Shown: one piece after another, positions 51,330-61,300 of the stretch
Numbering within the stretch: the stretch's first letter is position 1
Layout of the letters: every line of letters starts with the position of its first letter
Assembly (NCBI GenBank): GCA_002104905.1
Contig: MCFE01000366.1
Span: 1 to 64,000, forward strand
Source: Basidiobolus meristosporus CBS 931.73
Lineage: Eukaryota > Fungi > Basidiobolomycota
Direction of reading: 5' to 3'
DNA: 64,000 nt
The notes under the pieces: generated by a model
Told to the model about the DNA's origin: nothing
The model's database searches: none
Seen by the model: the letters and a program-made list of their open reading frames with translations, nothing else
Translations under genes and position numbers: made by a program

Positions 51330-53750
51330 TAGAGAACCTCTGCAGAGCCACAAGCTGATTGTTATGCTCAGTCAGATGAGAATATAGCAAATGCAGTACC
51401 CTCAGTTGAAGACCAGCAAGTGGCTGTTATAACATCACCACCATTGTGGTAGGGTAAAAATACCTCCCACAGACAAGTTTACTCATATAGTCATTATGAT
51501 ATACTTATCCATATTTTATCTTATCAGTATTATCCCTTTCTTCTTTGCCATATTATCAGTATTATCCCCATATGATGTTTACCCTGATTAGTTATTAGCA
51601 TTAGTTAACCCAGATGTTATTCAGCTTTGTGATCAGTATATGTTTCTACATAAGGCAAGTACCCACGCCAGTACCCGTGACACATGACCTAGGTCTGTGT
51701 TACCGTCCTTACCATGTTAATACCATTTATGGTATTTCTATATATAATCAATAAATCATCCCTTCTATCAGTAACACTTCTACCTTATTGATTAGCAGTT
51801 GATCACTGCACCTGCCTTCAACAGTACATCTCAGACCTGCCATCAAGGAGCTTTTCAGGGTAGTGCGCAAGACACACAGAGGCCTTTGGAGACACTTGGA
51901 GCACCTAGGAAGCTAGAGAAGTAGGAGCTTTTACCATAGTGACATATTGACAAAGACACCAGCAGTTTAGACACAGAGGTTATTGCACTCATCAGACACC
52001 TCACACACCTTGAGTTGTGTAGCTTCTCCCAGGTGTACCTCTACACCACCACACCACCCATATTAGCAAGTATGTTGTCAGCTCACACCATAGCATTAAT
52101 GAAGCAATTAGGTGCAGTGGCTGATAGGATAGATGCAATGACCCAGAGAAATCAGGAAATAGTTTAGAAACAGGATGAGCAGATTATACATGCAGAGCAA
52201 TCAATATCCCAGGTAGACAAAGCAGTATCTTTGCTACAAAGAAGGAACTCAAGTAGCTCACTGCCACAGCCAAGAATTGAGCCATTTCCCAATGTAATGG
52301 CAGAGGAGCACCATACAGTCTTTGAAGCACAACAACAGTGCCCAAAGATAAAGCCCACAGAAAAACCTATCACAGCATGGGAGGGAGACAATGTGGTGTT
52401 CATACCAAAGCCTAAAAATCAAAGGACATTGAAGATCCATGAAGCCATTGAGTGCAATAATGAATAGTGGACTAATATTCAAGAGGCTGTCCAAAGTCTA
52501 GGACACCGTCAACTTAAGGCTGGCATACCATGGGACCATCAGGAACTCAAGGCCAAGCAGAATGCACTTGACTTGCTCCATGAGCATTTTCCTGGATTCA
52601 AATGGGCAAATAAATTTTGGCCAGCATTGGTATGCTAAGAAAGTCTCTTAAGAGTAGCAGAAACTATCAAAGGCAGAAGAACAAAGGTGCCATGGCTCAA
52701 AACCAGTGGCTTCCTCAAGAGCTGGTTACAAGCAGGGCCAAAAGCTCCAGACATGCATCAAAGAGATGTCAGGTAGCTGGGAGAGTGCCAATTAGGGTCA
52801 AGCAGGCAGACACGGATGCACCAGCACAGCATGTATCAAGGAAAAAGCATAGTACCACTCATGAAGCACTCAGTCAAAGTAGCAGTGAAGGACCTGGCAG
52901 TGATAAAAGCCAGCAGCTTTTACAGGAGCCCATCACAACTATGGTTGAGAGCTTGAAACAAGCGGAAAAGAAACGTCAGGTTGCCAGAAGAGTGCCAGCA
53001 AGGGACAAGCAGGCCAAAACAGATGCATCAGAGCAGAATTTATCATGGAGAAAACGTAGTTCACTACAAGAAGCACTCAGACAAAGTAGCAGTGAATGAC
53101 CTGGCGGTGATCAAGGAAAAGGTAAAGGGAAAAGTGTCTACCCAAGCCTGAGACAGGAAGGCATGCAAAAAAGCTGCAGTTCTTATTAATTAACACCACA
53201 AGCCCGGAACAGACTGAATCCCATCATAGCCAAGAGAATTACCAACAAGAAAACAGCTGTTTTCACAAGAGTTGGAAGCACAAGCAGTTGAGCTACACTC
53301 TAGCAAGGTAGATGAGTTTGCAGAGAAAGGCAATTTGTCTACCACAGCCTCCACATCCTCCATTGTTGACAGAGTGGAGATCCCACTGACAGACATGGCT
53401 ACAATGTCAAGAACTCAAGAGACTATCACAATGTCTTCAGTGGAATTTTAAAACATAAATAGGCACACCAAGAGGTTGCAGCACTACTTCAAGAGCAGTG
53501 CTCAAGAAAATGCACTTGAATGCTGCAAGGATTTATTGCAAAGGCTGGCAGATGAGGTGCTAGACCTGGCAGTGCTGGCTGAAGACCAGGATGCATGGAA
53601 ACCAGTGAATGAACAGTGGCATAAAGCCATTGGGTTCCTGCCAAAATTATGGAACCAGAGTGTTACAGCAAAAATACTTATTGAGTGGTTGATTTTAATG
53701 GAGTTACTTATTGAGTGTGGGGTTGGGCTTAATGTTACTGTAGGGTATAG
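51330..53750 (+). pseudogene. Decayed ORF divergent from CACTA copy H (coiled-coil, W..Q...FP...W.A...L...RN helical motif, ~207-bp internal repeat), split by a solo LTR
   Basis: The frame continues across the LTR (VITSPP-SILASMLSAHTIALMKQL). GIPWDHQELKAKQNALDLLHEHFPGFKWANKFWPA is followed by a frameshift into MLRKSLKSSRNY. Confidence 0.6.
51445..52053 (+). mobile_element. Solo LTR (609 bp), same family as 967-1770 but lacking ~195 bp internally
   Basis: TGTGGTAGGG...CACCACA flanked by CCAT/CCAC. Confidence 0.88.
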
Positions 53751-54129
53751 GGATTTGTATAGGTCAATACAATTAGCAATTGAGGTACAACTGAAGTTTC
53801 AATGGAAATAAATCAATTTGTATGCATGAAAAGTAAGAGAAACAGTTAAGTCAGGAGGTAAGGAGTGTGAAAAAGAGGCAATAGCCAATCTATGCACACA
53901 AACATAGGAGGTGATGGAGTGTCCAGGATCAGAAAGTGAGCAAACTGGCAGAGAACCAATCAAAAACCACCTATACATTGTTTTGATGAAAAACTCTGAC
54001 CAAGTTTTTTGTGAAATCATGGGTGCAATTATTTTTCAATGGTCTCTGGATGGTGTCCTGACAGGATCAGTACCTCTTAGTCACAGGGCTTTAACTTTGT
54101 GATGCCCTTTTGGCAGGATCATTGAATAT

Positions 54130-54450
54130 TTTCTCATAGGGTACCCCTAGGAGAAGCTGCACAACTTAAGGTGTGTGAAGCATCTGATGGGTTCAGTAAC
54201 CTCTGGGTCCAAACTGCTAATGTCTCTATCACCAGATCAATATGTGGAAGCTCCTGCTTCTCTAGCTTCCCAAGCACTCCAAGTGTCTTCAGGAGCTTCT
54301 GTGTACTCTTGTGCACTGCCCTGAAATCCTCCCTGATGGCAAGTCTTTGGCTACTTGTAGAAGGAGGGTGTAGTTAAGAGCTGCTGATCAATCAGGGGAA
54401 AGTGTTACTTATAGAAGGGATAACTTAGATGGACTTCCCTTAGGTACTAT
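54130..54450 (-). repeat. Partial LTR of the 967/51445 family, reverse orientation
   Basis: Reverse complement of ~51760-52040 and 1440-1760. Confidence 0.8.
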
Positions 54451-55114
54451 CCCTGAGAAACCAGCCAATATTGATAGAGCAAAAACAAGGGAATCATTGG
54501 TGCCCATATGTGTGAAGTATAAGAAGGGGATAACAGCTTGCCATTATGTATAAACAGTGGTGTGTACTGTGTGTTCACAGTCAGGAGGTGGAAAAATCGC
54601 CAAACCTTGACCAAAATGTGTAAGAAACCCAGGGTGTGGTTTCTGGGGATGGCATCTTGACAGTAATCTGGTGGTATCCATAGTTGCTTGTCACAAGTTC
54701 ACTGCCATTTATGCACATTTGATTATATCATTGGAAATGTGCTCTCCAGGGTACCCATAATACAGCATTTGCTGGAAGTTGCATCAAACACAAGATATTG
54801 CAAGTACACCAAATCTCACCAGATCACATTCCCTGACTACTCCTTAGAAAGATCTCTGTTGCAGGTGTACAGGATTTTGGGGCTTTTATATGGCATGAGG
54901 GACTTTTGCTTTAAGGGTTCCTGGCATTGTGTGGAAGCAAATTGAGGTAGGCCCCACCAACAAATGATTGCTGGTCACTTGAAATCACTGGTTTCATGAA
55001 TTATGCACTCTGCTGACAAAGCCATTATAGTGTCTGGTGGTTGAGAGAAGAACTATAGCACCCATATTCCCCTAAATACTTAGAATGGTACTATTGGGCA
55101 CTGTAGGCGCTTTA

Positions 55115-55430
55115 TGTTGTAAATTTTGGCAATTACACCTATATATTCCCCCAAGTTAGTCACCTCTACCATAGTCTACAAATCCTATGGAATTCTGCCC
55201 AGATTCTTTGCCGGGATTCACTTGGAATATTCTTACCAAGAGATCCGGTACCCAGAACAAGAAGCATCTCAGAGTCGTCCAAACAGCCCCAAACTTTGCA
55301 CTTGTGCTCTTGGGACCTTCCTGAGCATATTCTACAGGTTTGTTTTGCCAAGACCCTGCTTTTGCTCTTCCAATCACCCCACAAATCACCAGTTCTCCCA
55401 ACCACTTCCCGCGTCACCAAAACCAAAAGC
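55115..55430 (+). repeat. LTR remnant related to 36142-36490 that retains its CpGs
   Basis: Starts TGTTGTAAATT; 55190-55310 aligns to the reverse complement of 36300-36410. The 3' end is unclear. Confidence 0.7.
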
Positions 55431-56226
55431 TCGTGTCCAAAAGGGTCTCCGGAGGAAGGAAACATCGCCCCCCCCCCCGGCGACTCAACATCCCGGGTGA
55501 TCATCCACAGAAACCCAGGGACCATCGGGGAAATTAGGGGGGCGAGACGGGCGATTGGAGAACTTGGGGGAGCCCGGGACCATTAGGAGTGCGGGGCTCG
55601 TCTTGCTGCTGGCCGATCTGATGGATTCCGAAGAGAACTCTGGAATGATTTGTGCACGCTGCATCCGTCAGAGATTCCTTCTGGAGGGGGGTCGTTGGTC
55701 GATGATCATCGAGCTCTGCCCCTCCCCTGCCTTCCACCGGTTTCCAACACGGTGGCTGATGGCCCGTAAGGTGCATGTGTATGGAAACGCTCCCCAGATG
55801 AGGAATGCTACGTTTACTTGTTAGTATCTTTGGACTGAGAAAGGGAGTTACAATGGTAGAAATAAGACAAGTACGACTGCCCTCGGGGCGATAGGGCGGA
55901 GGCGGAAATAAGGAGTGGAGTGGGGTTTGGTGGGGGTAAGAGGTGAGAGGTGAGGTCACGGAGCAAACACAATCATATGAGCTACTTCATGATGCGATCA
56001 GCCTCTACGCCACATTCGGAACAGGGGAAAAGATCGCGCGAACTTGGCGCACCCGAGGCCGGGCAGAGTTCCTAGGATGCCCGGGTTGTTTACCGCGGAC
56101 GGTGCCACACACGGCCAACGGTAACACGAGCGCAGCTCGATGGTGAGGATCGACCCGGCTTTCATGGTGAGCGGAAGGTTGCCTTGTCTGGTGACCTGGG
56201 TCCGGTTGGCCACTCAGAACAACAGG

Positions 56227-57673
56227 TCAGACGACTTGTACTGCGAATTGCTGTGAGTTCGAGGCGGCCCTTGTTGGCTGGCATAGGAGTATAGAGCTAC
56301 TTACCATGATCAGATCATTGGGATGAGGGTTATCGAGGGTCAGCTCCCCTCGGTACCGGCTATCATCCAACACCGCCACGGTGAACACCTCCCCATTCGG
56401 CAGGATGTTGGAGATTGGCACCGCGTCCCCCTCGTCATCAAGCAACAGGATCCCCTTGTTGCCGGGGATCCGGCATAAAGTTCGGATCGTACTCTCCAGG
56501 TCCACCGAAGACGAATTCGGGTAGATCACCAGCTTCTGTGGGACCCGTCTACCCTCATATATCAGCCCAACTTTGGTCTTGTTACTAGCGAGGGAAGCGG
56601 GGCTTTGGATTGGGGAGGATGTTGACATCAGGTAATTGCTGGTTAGTAGGTCGTTTTTCTCGTGTAATTCCACGATGCTGCTACCGTACTTCACGGAGGG
56701 TGGAAGCGGGGGCGACGGGGATAAAATCGCCGGCGTGGGCTCGATATGCTGGTGACCGAAGTGGACCTCCAAGGCGGAAGACATGTCGTCGAAATATTTG
56801 TACTTCTTGCCACTCTCTAGCTCCCCCGTGTCCTTGCTATTCTGATCGTCCCCCGGGGAAAGTCCGTGTGAATACCGTGCGCTAATTGCCAGACCACGAG
56901 CGAGAAATTTACCTTGAAGTCCCGACATAGTACCTTCCACCGGTTTCTACAGTGCTCTTGGTTCCTGAGGTATCCCGCATCCTGCATTTGCGAGGCAATG
57001 GCCTCCCATAGGTCCCGGGGTTTTTTCTTGGGCTTTCCGCCGTCTGCCTTGTGGCTCTTGTAGAAATTGATCAGGGCAATGGTCTCGTTACGGTGCCAAT
57101 GCTCCGAGCGTTCCCTTTTCTTGTTTTCCAGACTCATGCGCGGGCTATGGGCCTCGTTCAGTCCCAAGGAAATGGAGATGGGGTTGGAAGCGGAAGCGGA
57201 AGTGGAAGCACCTAAGACCGGGTCCACGCCCTGACCGTCCATGACCAGCCCCATATTGACGGCAAGTTCGGGAGAGTTGTATTGCAAAGCGTTAGCCATC
57301 TCCTGATAGTACTTGAACTTCTTCAGGCCGAAGTTGTCTTGAGCTTTCTGCGGAAGACAAGTGGTGGTTAGAAAGGAGAGTGGGGTGGTGGGGAAAACCC
57401 TGAAGGTGACGAAAAGGGACTAGGAGGGACCTTGTAATCTCTGCATAGGACTTTCCATCTATTTCTACAGTGCTCCCGGTTTCTGGCGTAACCGCTGTCC
57501 AGCATCTGATCGGCGATCGTCTCCCAAATCTGTTTCGGTTTACTCTTGGGATCACGAAACTCCTCACGATGGTTCTGATACAGGTTGATCAAGGCGACGG
57601 TCTCCTCTCTATCCCAGTGCTCGGAGCGCTCCCGCTTTTTTGACAGTTCGCTCAGGCTTCCTAGGGTCGACAT
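56227..57673 (-). CDS. Spliced gene: tandem trihelix (Myb/SANT-like) DNA-binding protein with a C-terminal PB1/ubiquitin-like domain; 3' end uncertain
   Basis: ATG at 57673; exon 1 57673-57431, intron 57430-57348 (GT..AG), exon 2 57347-56913, intron 56912-56842, exon 3 56841 to ~56305 (GTAAGT donor) or read-through to 56227. Two repeats of ERSEHW..ET.ALI...W..IA.QM...GY.RN.EHCRNRWK.L..D(Y/F)K followed by K(F/Y)KY(Y/F). Confidence 0.85.
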
Positions 57674-58368
57674 GGTTCGTTTGTACAAAGACACAGGAAA
57701 CAGAAGCGGCAATGAAGAGAATGGGGGATGGGAATGGGGGTAGGGTGGGTACAGGTACAAGTGTAGAGTAAACTAGAACTATACAGCGAAGTAGATTCTG
57801 GGATGCAAGGGAACTGGCTCAGCAGAAGATGTGTGGTATAGCAGTATCGGAGCGGGGAAAAAATATACGCGTGACAGCCACGACGACCCACCCTCTGGCA
57901 GTTCCCACGTTGTTCACTTTGGTTCACCCTAGCCCCCCGAATAAATGGAGAATTTTTGAACCGTTTATTGGGATTGGCCGAATTGAATCAAAATTTTCTC
58001 GTGCATATCCGGAGCCAGATTTCCATGAAATAGACTTGGTCAGCAACGGTAGATCCCATGCTCCCTGCACAACCTACATACGCATGTGCACGATCAGCCC
58101 AGCCCAACCCAATCCTAATCCCCGCTCAGAAACCCACCCTCGCATTCGTCTGGCTCGCTCTTTGTTTAGCTTGATATAGGGCGGGTGTTTGGCTGGGGAA
58201 TGGGGTGCTACACCCAAGCAGTCAAGTGGCAAGCGGGATGCTTGCTTGCGGATCTGATCGCGTGGATGTTCAAAGGATGTGGATAATATTTATTGTGAAG
58301 TAGATACATAGAATGTCATACCAAGATTGTTGTATACATACACGTAAGGTTTTGGCCGGGCGGGTGAG

Positions 58369-61300
58369 CTACTTGTATTTCTGTGGTCGCCGTTCGGCCG
58401 GGGTTAGTACCTTGGCTCATGCACATGGTGGATTGTGGCTGGTCACTTACATCTTCCATTTGTAGTCGTTTGTTTGGATCGATGGAGTTGCGCGCGCCGA
58501 GAAGAACCTTGGATATGGCTTCGGTGGCTCCGATCATGGGCTTCAGTACGGCGCTAGGTGTTCCCCTGATCAGAGCACGGATGGAGCTCTAGGTGGGTGG
58601 ATCTGTGTTAGCTGCGCACCATCTCAAGACCGTGCGAGACTCGCATTACCTGGGCGCCTGAGCGATCGTATATCTGTATGGGCACAGTGATCAGCGAGTG
58701 GGTCGCGGTTCCGATGTTTTTACTCAGGCTTTTGTAGGCTAGCTCGATTCCTATCAAAATGCAATTGGCGTTTCAACGTTGGGCTAGGCGGTGTATATGT
58801 GGGTGTGCTGAGCGTGCATCTACCTTCATTGAAGTCGCTGGGTTGGCCGGAGTACTTGCTCTTGGGGTGCAGCGTCTCGTCTTCCTCCGTGTCTAACTCG
58901 TGATTGCTATTGCGTCGATGGCGAGGTTCGTTGTTATCGAAAGACAGGATATCGTCCGCCTGCTCAAGCAGCACCTGCGCCCCCACTGCCAGCTTGGTCC
59001 CTAGCTTGATGATCTCCATCGTGGTAGCCTTCGCAAATGAAGAAGCACCTCGTTGGATTCCTGAGAAGATCCAGCGGATGAGATTGAGGGTCGATTTTTC
59101 ATTTGCAACAGTGTATTGGTTCATTGTTTACCTCGGATGAGTTGTCCGTCTTTCATGTATTGCTCGACCGGCAACAGCACCAGATCAGCCAGGCCGCTAC
59201 CTAGATTCACCAGTGTCTTAACAGGCGCGACTCCAGTCACCACGTTTGGAACTTGTGTGCTGATAATATAAGGCTTCCAAGCAGATCCCAACTCCTCCAA
59301 CAGTCTCTCGATCCCGCTTATCTGTGAATGAAATATGGTTGAGTGGGAATAGCCAGGGGTCTCTAAAGCAGATGACTTACCCCACGTAGCTTCACTCCCA
59401 GGAGCATCATATCAGCCTCCTCAAGTCGGAACAAGTTCACAAGCTCTGCAAAGTTCCCTCCCTTTAGACTGCTGTAATCCAAATGCTTCGGCTTGTAATC
59501 GAACTTCAGCACAATGGGGAGGATTTCACAGTATTCTACAAGAGAGGGGAGATGTAAGAATCGATGTCGCATTACGTAGGATTGACTGCCATCACTCACG
59601 GAAATAGATGTTGTCCTTTCGTTCTGGAGGAGCGGGGCTCTCGCTGCTCGGTGTGGTGTTGAAGAACTTGATCACGAACTCCAAGGTGTCCTGATCTATG
59701 TGGAGTCGAATGGGAAGAAGTCGAATCTGAAAAGCGGCGTCAACTCACCATGCACTCAACGGATATCCATTCAGCAATCATTCATACCTTCAATCTCATT
59801 TCTTCGAGCGGAACGTTGGGAACAGGCCGCACTCCATCCAGTTCAATACGAACCATGTTTGACCAGGTTTCCCTGGGGCTGGTGTCACTGTCCGGGCGCA
59901 AGTAAGATAGGAATTTCTTCCACATAGATGTCTGCACGCGATCAATAATCTCCACATCCCTAACCGAGAATCGTGCTCGGGAGGCCGTTTCGACCCCCAG
60001 TGGATACTGCTGATACTCGGCATTGATAGCGATGAGTTTAATGTCTAACTGGCTCGACCTTGATCTTCCCTGTTTGTCTCTGTGCTTATCTCGCTTTCTG
60101 CCTTTCTTCGGTGCGTTACTACTCTGCGCAGGGGCATTGCTGAAGTCCGGCAGAGTGGAGGCATCGTCGATGAAGCTTTGGAGATCATCGTCAAAGTAGC
60201 CTTTGTCGGAAGATATGGCGGAAGATGCGTACTCAGAACCAGAAGGCGTTGTGGCCGACAACTCCGGTTCATACATGTAATAATCGAAGTCTGGGCTGGT
60301 GCTGAACAGGACATCTTTACCTTTCCCCCTAGCATTGTCCGAGCCGGGTGGCTCATTTTTCGTTCCTGTGTTGTCCACTGGGCCTCTACTCTTTTTCCAG
60401 TCGTTGCCGGAATACAACTTCCAGACAAAATTGAAATCGCGAATTCGGATATGATTCAAGCTTTGTGAGATGCTACATTGGTGAAGACAAATAGGCTAAG
60501 TGGTTGCGCAGTGATAAAAGTTCAAGAAGACTTACTTGGCCAGAGCCTCCTCTTCCATTAAGCTGGGAACTGTGAAGTAATCTTCGACAATCAGGAGCTG
60601 CTCATTATCCAATGGTCTCACCGTGTCTTCTGCATCTATGATGAGAGGGTCGATTTCTTGGAAGTCGGCTTCCTTCAGCTGGGGAGACATCATTGCCTCC
60701 ACCGGCTTCCATTCTATTCGGATCGTTTAGGGGGTTTCAAGGGACACTTACTGTCTGATACTTGTCTCTTACCATCATCTCCTGAATCTTCCAGATCGAA
60801 TCCTGAAGGATAATCCTCTAGCATATCCGATTCCTCACTAGAAGAGCAGTTCGCTGCCTTTTTAGAGTCTGTCTCGGCGGCGTAGTACTCCTCCACGAAG
60901 TTCAAATTGGCTTCTCCGACATCACTGGCAAGCTTCGCGCAATCCGGGTGCGGCGGCCCAAATGCGTTTTCGTCTAGGCTGGCTAGATGGGATTCATGAA
61001 GGCATGTTAGGCGAGTGTCGGGAAGCAATGAGTGTGGAAATAATACATACATAGCATATCGGTCAATATGTTATCATCATTATGATTGCTCTGAACCTCG
61101 TCAACCTCCAACTGTGCTGGGTTACCCTTTCCGCCGGCAAAGCTGTTTAAGCTTCGCGAGATGTGATTCGCAAACTCCAACAGCGTTTGGAACGAATCCG
61201 AGCAAGTCTCGAGTAGGAAATTCTGGTTAGTGAGCTCCAAGTCGAACTGCGGCAGCTGTTCGTCCTTGTTCAACCGGACAAGCACTTCCAGAAAGTCCAC

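Noticed and set aside
51760-54450. Inverted pair 51760-52040 / 54130-54450 as TIRs of a DNA transposon carrying the ORF between them
   Set aside because: Both are pieces of an LTR family. The left one is a TSD-bounded solo LTR inserted into the ORF, so the inverted arrangement is coincidental.
1-55100. Classical RIP (CpA>TpA) as the cause of decay
   Set aside because: Paired repeats differ mainly at CpG (TG versus CA), and the sequence is rich in TG/CA rather than TA, which fits 5mCG deamination better. A formal index was not computed.
1-55100. Calling the block a centromere
   Set aside because: TE density, a chromovirus and CDEI-like motifs are compatible with one but not diagnostic; CENP-A or Hi-C data are needed.
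53760-55100. Possible further retroelement remnants (e.g. minus-strand GHH...FIKT near 54000-54110)
   Set aside because: The similarity is too weak to call without a search.
55690-55810. HRVGNRWK on the minus strand as a third trihelix repeat
   Set aside because: Only the RWK end matches. The W..ET.ALI and W..IA motifs are absent and I found no splice path to the gene.
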